From Lingula anatina (lineage: Eukaryota; Animalia; Brachiopoda): a stretch of DNA of 64,000 nt. The notes under the pieces were generated by a model, which saw nothing but the letters and a program-made list of their open reading frames with translations, was not told where the DNA came from and did no database searches. Every line of letters begins with the position of its first letter. Position 1 is the stretch's first letter. Both the position numbers and the translations under genes were made by a program. Below are positions 28,901 to 41,879 of this stretch, one piece after another. Location of the stretch: positions 68,674,788-68,738,787 of the forward strand of contig CM120640.1 in the NCBI GenBank assembly GCA_051362555.1. Reading direction: 5' to 3'.

Positions 28901-31545
28901 CTTTTCACCATGAACTGAACTTTGCAAATTTTGCTTTTATCTCCAAAACTGGCAGAGATGGGTCCATAGTTTCTATTGGACTTGAATATGAAGTCATATA
29001 CTGGCAATCTAAATGTGACCTTGAAATTGACCTTTGACCTACTTTTCACCATGAACTGAACTTTGCAAATTTTGGTTCCCTTTTATCTCCAAAACTGGCA
29101 GAGATAGGTCCATAGTTACTATTGAAGTTGAATTAGAAGTCATATACTGGCAATTTACTGTGACCTTGAAATTGACCTTTGACCTACTTTTCACCATGAA
29201 CTGAACTTTGATTGTACCATTTTTAGTCATATATGTTTTTTGCATATTTTGAAAATTCTTGTTGATTGCATTTTTACAGCTTGTCAAGCACAAGACTGGT
29301 GGCTGTGTCCCTTATTTTGTGTATGTGGGGGTTTATACGAATGCGCTTGCTCCAGCTGGTGGTACAATATTCGGAGGCGGTATCGCCTCTCTGATCCTCT
29401 AGTTTGCTAAGTGATATAGGTTACTTCATAGTTGTTCTCTGAAATTTATGTGTATTCCAGGTATGATGTGATCCACCGTGCTCTGTTCATTGCCACCTTC
29501 TTAGCTTGGGGGTGGGCCTATTTGGACACTCAAGTGCACGATGAAATCAATTTGGAAAGGAAATATTGGAATCAGTTCGACCCAACTCTCTTAGCTGAAG
29601 GTCTCTTTGCATTGTCAACCATCTTGTCATTTGGGAGATTGCTGTTTTTGTTCCAGCTCAATCCAGATATAGGTCCATTGCAGGTATTTCGATAGGTTTG
29701 TTTTTAGTCCTAAGTAAATAATCTCTGAACGACAGTTGTGGCAAGTTTTGGATTGGAATTTGGAGAACACATGCAGTGATAAGTAAACTTAAAGCATGAT
29801 GAGAATCTTGATCAGCAGCAAATGTGAATTTTTCTTTGCGTTTGGAGAATTTACACTACATTTGTCACCCCCCCCCCATTCCTTTCAGGTATCAATCAGC
29901 AGAATGTTCAAGGACATTATGGTGTTCCTGAGCATCTTTCTGATCATCATGGTTTCCTTTAGCACGGGACTCAGCAAGCTGTATCAGTATTATAGGGGGC
30001 AAAAGAGGATTGATCCTGATGGAACTGAGCACGTCCAGTTGGAGTCATTTATTACGTATGTAGACAGCTGGTTGGAGAATTAATGATCAAATGTTTGAAA
30101 GGGTAACTTGTGAAAAATGTGACCTCTTAGAACATTGCATACACGCTGCAAATTTTCCACATTAACAGTATTTATCCTTACATTTTCTTAGCATTAGGGC
30201 CACTTTCAAAACCTTGTTCTGGGCAATATTTGGACTGTCGCCTGTTGACTCTGCCAAAGTTGTGATCTCCAACCAGGGCACCAATGGCAGCCACATTGTA
30301 GCCAATGAGCACAGTTTCACTGAGGGAGTGGGCTATGTGCTGTTTGCAGTGTTCAACATTATAGTTGTCATTGTTTTGATCAACTTGTTGATTGCTATGA
30401 TGTCTCACTCCTTTCAGAAAGTACAGGTGAGAACATCAAAGGTCTCAAAGGATTTTCTGTTAAATCAAATTGAAACATGATAATTGTTCGTAACACAAAT
30501 AAGTTGCATAAAACCAAAAGTTGAATAATGGTTTGCATGTTATCTTTGAACGTCAGCTGAGGACTTTTTAGAAATTTAGATCACCATTGTTTTCCATTAT
30601 GATAGGACAACAAGGATGTCGAGTGGAAATTTGCACGCACTAAAGTGTGGATGATATTCTTTGAAGAGATAGGAACATTACCGCCGCCCTTCAACCTCAT
30701 TCCCAGTCCTAAGAGTGTGTACAGACTGGTCTACTGGATGTGCAGTTGGTGTAGGGGGCACCCAAAGGCAAACTGCAGCAGAAAGGTGAGGGTGGAAGCA
30801 CCCCTCAATTCAGATACTCTTTCTAACTTGATCCTCTACTATTGAAAACTTGAAGTATATTTTCTCCTTTTTTATTGGGATACATTGGCAATTTGCCTCT
30901 TTTACAAGTAAACATTTTTTTTTTCTGAATAGAATTAACTCTGAAAATGTACTTAAATTACGTTGATCATATTTTTATTGTTTCAGCAAGCATGCCATTA
31001 TAATTGGGGTTATGACCGCGTTAGTTGTACTACGTAATAGTTGTGCCAGACTTGTGACTGCACAGCTTGGTTTTAGTACTTAGAAGTATTTTTTTTTCTT
31101 TCAGAGATGTTGCTTTTTTGAAGATGACGAGGAGATAGAAAATCAGAAAGATGGGAGATACGAGGTACATAAGATGAACATTAGCTATTTAACACTTGTC
31201 ACTTGCAGCTTGCCTTTCTTTCATTTATAAAACATCAAAAGACTTGGTTCAAGTACTTAACTACAGATTTTTTAAAGCAACCCATGTGTTAAGCCACAAG
31301 GGGAATAAATTAGATTAAATGTAATTTTACTATTATTTTAGACACTGATGGGGAAGCTGGTCATGAGATATTTAGCAGAGAAAGGGAAGGTGAAAGACTC
31401 TACTACCAAAATTCAGAGTGAACTGAACACTGTTCAGCGTGAGGTTATTCAAGTGAAGAGTGCCATGAAACAGTTACTGGATAGACTAGAGGAAGCTGAC
31501 GAGATTTCTGGCACGTCTTCTCAACACGAGTTACCAGAAATATGA
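24391..31545 (+). CDS. Canonical transient receptor potential (TRPC/TRP-gamma-like) cation channel, 812 aa
   Basis: Exons 24391-24636, 24920-25110, 25634-25794, 26090-26277, 26564-26743, 27044-27341, 27565-27670, 29461-29683, 29889-30055, 30192-30426, 30606-30785, 31105-31164, 31342-31545 (2439 nt, phases consistent). Ankyrin repeats ([15 protein letters not shown]; [24 protein letters not shown]), Zn motif PHQPSCPCKEC, S4-S5 linker [15 protein letters not shown], pore LFWAIFGL, S6 [18 protein letters not shown] box EWKFAR and LPPPFNLIP. Confidence 0.93.
25951..25995. repeat. (GT)n microsatellite in TRPC intron 3
   Basis: Directly visible. Confidence 0.95.
27808..29402 (+). mobile_element. 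Helentron-associated non-autonomous element (HINE/DINE-1-like), ~1.6 kb, in TRPC intron 7
   Basis: Subterminal IRs attgtaccaccagc (27808) / gctggtggtacaat (29355-29368). 5' internal IR gtaccaccagc..gctggcggtac. Short GC-rich repeats after the 5' IR. Internal tandem array. 3' hairpin gaggcg-gtat-cgcctc (29374-29389), then CTAG (29399-29402) and a T-rich flank. Confidence 0.8.
28797..29210. repeat. Three-copy ~141-146-bp tandem repeat inside the HINE
   Basis: tccaaaactggcagagat starts recur at 28801, 28942 and 29088. Each unit carries tgacctt(g/a)aaattgacctttgacct. Confidence 0.92.
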
Positions 31546-32820
31546 GACGTGCAAGATGTGACAATTTTTTTACACAGAATTTTAAAAACATAAGAATGAC
31601 AAATGGTGTTTGGTATTTGTGTTTCTTTTCTTTATTGCAAGGAAAAATAATTTTTATTGAAGTCAGCAACTGTGCTAAGAAGAAACTTACAGCTTAGCAC
31701 TGATAGACTCCAGCAAATTCATATAATTCAACATGGTGTCAAGGCAACTGAACCAATGTGGTTTACCTAAACCCACATATAACCATCACATAAAATTCAG
31801 ATAAATGCTACAAAGATATTTTTTTATCTTTTTTTTGTTTATAAAATAATATTCTGGCTTACTGTGTAATGAAGCCTTCTAACATTTCTTGATGACACCC
31901 TTTGCAGTTATATATTGGAGAAAACGAGAATTCATGCATGTCTAAAAAAAAAAAAAAGCAGCTCATTTTTATTGCCACCTTGTTGTAGCTGAAAAAAACA
32001 TCTCACTTGATTCAGACAGATCATGTAGAACCACAATATCACTTTTCATATACATCACACTTGCTGTAATTTATTATAATATTTACATGATGTAAACATG
32101 GACATAAACACCACCAATTGCACCTGTGACAGCAGGTTGTGGTACACCTATCACAACCACGTTAATTTCAATTGTGAAACAAAATTGAAAAAAAAAAAAC
32201 AGTGGAATGTTAAAATGGTACTTATGCCATACATAACAAAAAGGTTTCCAGTTTTAACCACCTTATGGTTATGTTATATCAGAATTAGGAGCAGTTGCAA
32301 TGTATATCAGGTGCCCCTTATATTATCTATTATTTTAACTTCTACAATGCAATAGTTTCAAGAAAGCTTAATGTTATATTTTCGCTTTGCCACTTAAAAA
32401 AAAAAAAAGACCAACTTCCATTTATAAGCAATAGGATAAACGGCCATGTTAACATAATAGACGTTACAGCAAGGGTGACAAATGTTCCCTAAAATGCAAA
32501 CTTCTTAACCCGAACCTGATCAAAATGCATGTAATGATAAATTCAACTTCGTGGTTCAAATTACATATAATGATCTGCATCCAAGTTCTCCATCTGCTGT
32601 ATAATGTACTAGGAAAATTAAGTCACCTGATTTTGGTCTGCAAGGGCCTTGTCCCAGTTATTTCTTTCACCATTAAGCACGTCTTTAAAACTTTTCTCCC
32701 CAAGCCTGCCCACCTAGCCCCCACCCCCCTGTCACATGTGCAAAGGCTGGCAGTGAATGTTGACATGTTATGTACAGGGAAATCTGTCAGCTTGACTTAG
32801 TTCCCATTGCTGCCTGGTAT

Positions 32821-35800
32821 TTAATGAAGAGGTGGGTCCTCTTTGATGCGGCCACCATCACCCTCCGATACGAACCTCTTGCGTCCTCTGAAAAAGACAC
32901 AATTCACTGGTCAACAGAGTTTTGGTATCATATCTCCAATTCCAATTTGTCTTAACTCAAAGTACACTAATGGTAACTGAACATGATGACTATACTTGTC
33001 TAACTACATTTTCCCAGTACATTCTGGTGCATTAGTTACAAAGGATATTTATTTACTTACTTGTAACAAACAAATAAGAGAGGAAGAAAAGCATTACCCT
33101 GCTCATCATCATGATTGACAGAAAAAATGTTTGGTGTGTGAACAACATCAAATTAACCCTCTGTTTGAACACAGATAACCCCATTTATTACCTGTTTGGC
33201 ATCTCATTGTATGTGGAAGTTGGCAGTGCTCCTGCAGCATGCAATTTGGTTCCAAAGCGGTCCAATAAATTGTATGCTGATGGTACATCAATACTGATGT
33301 CTGCAATGTTCTCAAATATGCGCTTAAAACCCTGAAATAATACAAATATTCATATAAAACTTACTTCCATTTGGAAATCTTGAAAAAAATATACAGAAAT
33401 CAATTTAACTTGTTAATGGAAATTACAAACTTTATGGTATAAAATGAACAACTCCTCACTTCAACCACTAATATTTGTAAAGAATAGGACACAAGGTTAA
33501 CTTCACTTACCATTTTCATTTGGTCAATAGATATGATATTGGTTTCATAAAGAGATTTAAGAAGTTTCACCATCATGTCTGCAGCACGTTCACTGCTGTC
33601 CTCAATCACCATCACAGTTGCCTGGAAAAAACAATGGCATCGGTAAGACTGCTTTTTGTAATGAAAAACAGATTTTATAGAAAGCAATAAGAAATCAAAA
33701 AAATGTTTTTCTTTTTTCTCCAATTTCCTTAAAAAAATAATTTCACAAGAAAGGATAAGTGCCATGTGGTTAAGAGAGTGGCATAAAACCAGATTACTAT
33801 TACAAAATCTGAAGATTTTAAGACAAGTAAATAATAAGTTGTGATTTAAAAATTTACTTATAATTAATGAATTCTTTTTTTTATTTGGAGGAGCAAGAGG
33901 GGTGTACGCTGACCCCAAAATAAAGTTAATTCTGGTGACAATTAAAAGAAAACTTTCAGGACTGCGTACAGGCTCAGTGAACCACTAGTAAGTTAAGAGG
34001 AAACTTCCTACAGTCTACAAGTCAATGCAGTCACAAGAAGCAGGCATGGGCTGAATTTGAGGTAACCCAGAGTACCAATTCAACTAGCTACAAATAGACG
34101 GACAAATATTTAAGAGTGCTCCACGTTGCTGAAGAATAAGCCATTTACAATCACTACCTCATATACTAGCTCATGGTTGAAATGTGGAACTTCCAATTCC
34201 TTGAGACAGCGGGTTGCCTCGGCTATGTCCCCTGAGGATAAATACTCTTTCAGTAACAGCACCATCTGAGGAGACAAAACATACTGATAATTCAAAGAAA
34301 AATAAAAAAAAATACACTTCAGAATTATATACATGTAGTTCACACAATATATAAAAGTTGACTATATTTGCTCCAGCAAATGCTAATTTTTTTAAAGAAC
34401 AAATAGTACAAAAGCTTAATTTTTGGAAAAGTGAATTATCCAGTGAACCACACACACTGACACAGTGTTAAGACCCACTCTCCACTGATTTTAACAGAGA
34501 ATACTGACCTTCTTAATCAGGTACTTGACTGGCCTGTTGCCTCCCCCCATGCCCCACACATTGTCCAGGCGCACAATGCCATGCTTCATGCTGAGCAACA
34601 CATCAGCTTTGTCCAAGGCAGTCCTGTGTGAAAGAAAGAGTGAAGAAAAAAATGAATGTATTCTTTTTTTTACTAAGAGAATGGGGGGGGGGGGGGGGAC
34701 TAATTGGTCATTTACACATTGTCAAGGCAAATGTTTAGATTAAATGTACTAGTATAGATATTACTTATTCTTTTATTTTTCATTTTTTTATTTTTTGTTC
34801 ACAGTTACATGTAACCAATGCAACTCTTCGACACGCTACTTTGTAGGTACCCATGAAGTAAAATTACCCATCTGCTTGGCATGACTTTACAAGATAAATG
34901 TAGTTGTACTATGTTTTATAGCCGGTTGCATAAAATGAAGGTTATTATCCTTCAATTAGCTACAGATTGCATTGGAAACAGATTGCTCATTTCCATTGTT
35001 TTTCTGATTTATTACAGAAAGAGAGAGACACGTGAAGCTTACATTGTGAAAACAACTGGTATGATATTCAGTCTGCTTTACTAGTCATCTTGTTAATTTA
35101 TCATTAAATATATTTCTGACAAGTTCTAAACCAGACGTAATTATTTAGAAACACTATGCTATATATGTATTTTTAATTCGAATTAATCCCTTGAAATGAT
35201 CTAATTATTCCATTTTTCTCTCACCAAATATACAACTGATAACTTATAACACATGACAATAACACACCCATTTTCACAAAAAATTGTAGAACTATAATAC
35301 TTACTGTGCATGTGGACAATCTACTTTTCCCTTATAGCTAGCCACATACTTGGGTGGGAGGCAGTCATCAGCTACAGCTCTAGCTATGAACTGTCCAATG
35401 ACCTGAAAAGAGAACACATATACAATCAAAAAAAAAGTGAAATATATTAGTAATAATTTCCGTGAATAATCCTAAAACATTATAACCTCAAAAGCAGTCT
35501 TCCTGATATGCCTAGTTTTTAATTTAAATAAAACTGCTCCATTCTACTTAATAACATAGTCAACTTCTGCATACTATTGCAAATGTGTAACCTTTCACAT
35601 TGAAAGTGACTGCAGTGCCACTATGCGTGTTAAATCTCGACTGGCTGCTCTCCAGCATATCCACCCTTTGGCAATTTATTCTGTCTCATGTATGTAGCCA
35701 TCCAAGCCAATTTATGGCACCAAAAATGCAAAGCTCTAATAACAACTAGACCCTGTGTCATTCTTTATTGTTCATCACTAAAGTCAAACAAAACTGCCTA

Positions 35801-38800
35801 CTGGTTTATCCAGTCTCTACGACATGCATAGAACAGGCATATCAAGTTTTCTTTGCCAAGTTTCTTTGAGTTAAACACACACAAAAAACTAGCAGCAAGA
35901 GTCAGAGAAGAATTTCATCAGCTGTTTTAAGTTGAAGATGTCCTAAAGACATCGAAATATTGGAGGTAAAACCTATCTCAATATTAGCTGTTGACTAAAG
36001 AAAAAATCACATCATTCTTAGCAGGAAGAGATTTTTCCTAATGTGAACCAAGCATGTCTTGCCAAGCTACTAAAACAAAAGAGATGTTTGCACTTCCTGA
36101 GTAAGCATGGTCGACAAGTACAAAACTGAACTGTAAGATATCCTTACAGTTCAATGAACAGAAATCATTTTAGGAAGGCACCTACATTTGGAGCATCAGG
36201 TGCGTCCAGGCTAAGATCTGTGAGACCAGCCAGGAGCTGGTCAAAGCCCTTAGCCACATCATCCTGGCTGAGGATGTTGCCATAGAGATCCGAGATCAAA
36301 ATGGAAGTGAGCTCCCTATGGTGAGCTTTTCTATCCAAGGCCAAGCTCACCGCCATCTCTGGAAGTTTGTGAGCATTTTCACCTAGGTTCATCTCCTGAA
36401 GAGAGCTCTGAAACAAAATAAAAACGAGAATTAAAGCGAGCAAATAACTTATTTTTCTCACTGATTTGCAATCAAACCCTATTGCAAGTTTTGTTATTGG
36501 AACAAGGTTTGATGCAGTAGTAGAAACTCCTTTACAAGGGAGCAGAGCTGCTTTCACAAAGGCCTTTTTCATCTTCCTTTACAAGACTTCTATATGCCTG
36601 CTGAACACACATTCATTATTATGCAAAATTGCCCAGTAAGAACTAAAACTAATTTAGTGAATCAAAACAAACTTAGTATGCAAACTTATGGTTTTGGGTG
36701 TGCAGAGTTTACACAGCCGATTGTAGAAATGGAAAAAAAAATTGAAAAATTCTATAAGTTTTTACATTCTTGTTTCCAGTAACTTCATAAACATTACTAC
36801 TGGTCTATACAAGTATAATTCATTAATAGTAAGCAGTCCCATACCAGGACATCCTCTGTGTCTCCACACTCCAGATACTCCTTCAGGATGGGCTCCACAA
36901 CTTGCACCAGATCATTCTCTTGAATGGGGGGTTTGACTGTCTCCACCACAATATCCTCCTACAGTGAAAATATAGACAAATTTCCTGAGCAACCTATCAT
37001 CTCATTTTGCAATACTACTTTTGTGTTCAACATTTAACACTGCTTTAAGCTGCATTTTGCAAATGCAGCAATTATAGTCATTATTCAAATTTGAATTTTT
37101 AAAAGAGAAGAACAAAATTTACCATCATCTATTCTACTTATTTTACATACTACAAAATGCGTTGAATTGCACTGCCAATGGTTTTCCAACATTTTATAAT
37201 AAAAGTAAAATAATTTAATAATTTTGTCATGCAGTCTGTGTTTAAAAATCACTCTTTGAAAACATACCCAAAATTCATTTTCTTAAAGAGTTGGATGCAC
37301 GTACTGTCCCAACAGAGATATTATGTGGTCAAGCGATTAGAGAGAATGTGCCTCCAGCAATCTATTATATAGATCTCCATACTCCTATTCAAAAACTTTT
37401 GACCCAAGGATGGAGAGACACCATTCACAATCTTATCTGTTTTTGTGCAGACAACCATCATTACAACTTTTAACCATCATCTTGTGACAAAATGCAAATT
37501 GCTTAAGGTTTTGATAAAACTGTTCTGACACTTATCCAAAAATACATATTTGGTATTCAGGCATTATCTTTGCAAGAACTCGGGTTGAAAACTGTAAAGT
37601 TAAAGGCTAAGTGTAATTAGACCTTTATCAACATAGGTCTTTGTTGACCCAGTGATCAGTCACATAGAAGATGCACGTGTATTTCCACAGCTCACAAACT
37701 CACTGAGGAGATATTCTGAACTGACAACAGGCAACTGCACTGCTTGATAATAAAAACACATCAATTTTTTTAAATTTCAATATCTCTAGTAAACCTCCCT
37801 TGAATTCAATTCTGACACTGTCTAAACCAAGGTCTTACACAGGACAGGTGTGCTGTACAAAAACTGGCCGTTTGAAAAAAGTTATCAGCCAAAGAATTAG
37901 TTTAAGTGCTTGCAATAACTGGACCTTCATATATTTAGAGTTCAGTAACACCTGGGGTTTTCTTTTCATACTTTTCTTCTTGCTTTTTATCCTGTTTGAC
38001 AGATAATTTATCCCATGATCCAAGCAGCAGTACTAAACCTACATGCTTGCAGAATAGTGCCTAGAATTTAGCCAGTAACTTTGGCCCTTCTCTATAAGCT
38101 TATGCTTTAAATAATATAACACCGTAAAAAAAAAAGTTCCTTACCTCTTTTTCGGAGTCATAGTTGGGATCGTGTGCGTCCTGCGTTTCAGAGGTTTCAT
38201 ACAGTTCAGAGCCTGGAGCCCCCCAGGTCCCCTTACCCCCAGCACCACCTGGAATAAATAGTGAAAATAGCGATTATCATAACTTAAGTTTGGGGGAGGG
38301 AGTATGAATAGTGACCCCACCACTGCCTGGAACAAATAGTGAAAATTGCAATAACATGTGACTTTAGGTTGGGGGAGATTATAAGTACAGTGACCGAAAT
38401 TTCATAAATATGAACTTTCATATGTATCCATTTATATACTGTGCTGTGTACTTGATAATAGTTATGTGTTAGTACTCATGCTATTAGCAACTAAACGTTA
38501 TATCATTACCATGTAATTGTATTTTTCTGGGGACTTGACTCACATTTTACTTTGATGTTGAAAGTGTGTGTGTGTAAGTGCTGGATATTGGACCTTCATC
38601 GGATGCCCTCGAGAAAACAGTGAGTGGAACTTTTAAGGACAATTAACAGGATATGGACACTTTGAGATAAGTTTATCTCTGTTTAATTGTACTTTTATTA
38701 TTAATTTGGTTAAGTCAGTCACTGTTAATAAATTGTTAAGTGTTTGTGTTATTGATTTTTGCTGGCATTTTGGGGTATTCTGACCCTTAACAACTTACAG

Positions 38801-41750
38801 TACCTATTTATTAAATGATGAATTCATTTTACTTCATAAAGAAAATCTTTCAAGATGACAGTGGTAGATTCCTAATTATTTCTTTTTACAATTGGTATGA
38901 TGTAATATCTGCTGATTGATTTTGTACTGTTTAATAATATAACTCCAGCCAAAAAAAAAAAAAATACTTTGAATCAAATTCTTTCATTTCTGTTAAAAAT
39001 TCTTATAGGTATATCTTTCAGACATACTGATCTTATACTTTTCAAGTTCAAGATGAATGCCCGTCTTATAAGTAAACCATGCTGATGTTTTACTGCACGT
39101 AAACAGGCTTCTGTGGTTTCCTGTTTGTCTACACTCCTCCTGGCATGAATGGGGCACAACACTGGCCTGTCTACATCTTACTGTGACGTCATACACCACG
39201 TCTCAACACATGGCCAATTACTATCTCTGACCCTCTGTGCTGGATATTTATAGCATGTTTATGATCAGCTTGTTTACAAACATTTACCATGAGGTCAGGC
39301 ATAAAAAGTAATGCACCCAACTATCAAAAGGATGTTCTTAATGAAAAACAGTTTTAAACTTAGAATGTTTACAAGGTTCACCATCTTCAATATATAACAA
39401 CAGGGCAAAATTATTCTATACCAAGGGCACTCTAATAAGCCGTCAGACCATATAAGCAAGCATGTGCAATAAGCACTTTATTTAAATCCACACTGGCACA
39501 AGTAAGTTTTCATACTGTGACTCCAGAGTAAACACAAGGCTCTAAGAGTGTCTCTACAGTCAATGCATAGTAGCTTATGTTACGGTTCTAAAGTTTAAAA
39601 TGAAGGAAATTTATGTGACCTAATCAGCTGTTTAGAGATATCAAAATGGTTCTAAAGTTTAAAATGAAGGAAATTTATGTGACGTAATCAGCTGTTTAGA
39701 GATATCAAAATTCAGCAACACGTGCAAAAGCTTGCTAGTGCATGCAAACAACAGGCACAGTAACCAGTCAACAACTATATGCCAGGATTTGTCAGTGTAC
39801 TGATATGTGGTCCTGGACTGGATGGCATAACTATGGATATATTGGCAGCTGTTTCTCCTCCCATGCTATTCCACAATAGCCATCCTTATCGTATTTTCCT
39901 GTTGATACAGCTCTTCTACCTGGATCCCTGCCAGGTGTGATAACTGCAATGGTGGGGTGATGTGTCAGTGGCCTTGAGCAATGTGAAACGATATGCTCAG
40001 CTGGAGAGGGTCACCCAATAACAACAATACAATCCAGGCATGTGACTTGCAAACAAACAGAGCATGAAAATCAAAGCGTGGCCCTTTGTAAAGTATTTAT
40101 TGAAGTATTCTGAAAACATGCTAGGTGCATTTAAACATGGGATTTAAAGAGTTGGGGGAGATACTCTATAAACCAGAATTCCATGTATAGCTAAGGTATA
40201 TTTAATGTTTATGTATGTATGTACGATGTCCTTACATTGTTGTGTGCAAACACAGAATAATGCACATATCAGACAAAGGCCTAGGTTTAAAAAAAAAAAC
40301 AAACCTCTGAACATTTATCATGGGACCCAACACCTAACCTTGACGATTCTTAGGAACCATCAGAATTGAATTAAAATAGGCGGAATTCCACTTTTCCAGG
40401 AAAAAAGCTCATGTCTGATATATTATCTGCATTACAGTTGACCTCTTTCCCTCATTACTTACAATATAAATTCAGTTGGCTTGGTATAAATGAGGTGTGT
40501 CAAATCCATGAATCCTGATTGGCTGTCACAATAAGCCAATCAAACATGTGAAAGATAATCTTCTAATCTTTGAACAGACATGCATTAAAGCCCCTTTAAG
40601 GACAATCAAATCAATTTCCATATCGAAAATCCCTTGCAAATGTTCCTTGGTCACTTTCAGTGACCATCAAAAATCACAAGCTTAAACATTCAAATGAATA
40701 TATCCTTATCTTTGCAATACAAAATTGAATTATTTATCAATAACTACTTGTCCACAATGATCATATTGTTACCTACTTCAAGTTAATAATGTACTAGTTG
40801 CAGCAAAGAAGTCATGTAGCATACTGGTGCTAAGTTTTTGGCCTCTTGGACATCCATTTTTATCAAAAGCTGTGCATAAATTAGGATGCCACTACAAGAG
40901 TTAGAATGTATGATTTCTTGGAACTGTGCAAATGACATCAAGACAAATTGATGTAAGCATTCAGTGGCACCATTTAAACCAGACAAAGTTGAAGCTTTGA
41001 AAGGTCAGACTGCAGCACTTGTCTCAATCTTCAACTGAAACCATTTGACTATACAAATGTATGCTGGGGAGGTAACGGGTAAAACGCAGGACTTTCAAGA
41101 CTTCCACTCAGACAGCTTCCCTATAAATTTGTGGAGGACACAAAAGAGAATTGGTGAACTGGTAAATAAACAGGAATGCTATACAAGCAGTTCATTTATC
41201 TTACATATTATGAGTAGACCATGTCTGCAGGACTAATTAATCCCCTTATGTCTACCACTTAAACCATCAAAATAAGGCAGACTTCAATAAGAAACCATGA
41301 TTCACAACATCCATGTGCTGAGCACGCGTTCAAAATTTAGTCAACACATACAGACATGCATGGGCATGCTTATAAAATACGAGAAAAAACATGACGCTCA
41401 AGACGTGGAAGGAATTTATGAGCACTGTCAATAAATATTGCAAAACAACACGTGCATTAAACTTTTTAGAGGGCTTCATGCCAGGGCGTCTGACGTTCAT
41501 TAGCTCTTTGCGTACCTTTCTTAGGAAGTCCTCGTCCCAGACCCATGCGGGACTTGCGCATGTTTTTCACGGAAACTGGAGGTAAATTGCCATTTACCAC
41601 GGGTGGGTCGTCTTTTCTTGGGCTAAGCTTCGTAAGCCGTTTTGCTTTGCGAATCACTCTGTCCTCCTTTGGTACATCATTTTCCATTGAGTCTTTGCTA
41701 AAGAGCACGTTGCCATTTTCCACTTCGCCATTTTCCATTGGCTGCTCCAT
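32821..41750 (-). CDS. PDCD4: Programmed cell death protein 4 (two MA3 domains, eIF4A inhibitor), 437 aa
   Basis: Coding exons (minus) 41750-41516, 38248-38145, 36958-36845, 36407-36186, 35402-35305, 34623-34509, 34265-34158, 33621-33511, 33331-33192, 32887-32821 (1314 nt, phases consistent). Signature motifs RKSRMGLGRGLPKKGGAGGKGTWG, DPNYDS, IGQFIARAVADD, LLKEYLSSGDIAEATRCLKELEVPHFNHELVYE and C-terminal RGRKRFVSEGDGG. Confidence 0.95.
38240..38395. repeat. 78-bp diverged tandem duplication covering a PDCD4 splice acceptor
   Basis: cacc(a/t)..cctggaa(t/c)aaatagtgaaaat...gggggag...agtgacc occurs twice. The minus-strand AGs lie at 38249-38250 and 38327-38328. Confidence 0.75.
39584..39711. repeat. 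64-bp near-perfect tandem duplication in PDCD4 intron
   Basis: ggttctaaagtttaaaatgaaggaaatttatgtgac(c/g)taatcagctgtttagagatatcaaaat at 39584 and 39648. Confidence 0.92.
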
Positions 41751-41879
41751 GACTGCTTGTTACTGGAATATCAACTCTGTAAACAAAGCTCAGCGAACGT
41801 ACTTTCCACGCAAAATCTGCCCAAAGCAAAAATTGACCCTTAAGGACTAGTCCACGAGGACTGTCAACTAGCTGCCTTG

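Noticed and set aside
28786-29293. Repetitive ORFs ([12 protein letters not shown]...) or a CRISPR-like array
   Set aside because: Head-to-tail tandem units inside a HINE, with no unique spacers and no cas genes, in a eukaryotic context.
39840-40035. Possible SINE/LINE-tail fragment in PDCD4 intron
   Set aside because: Only a weak core-like motif and a (CAA)-rich tail; no Pol III A/B boxes or TSD identifiable.
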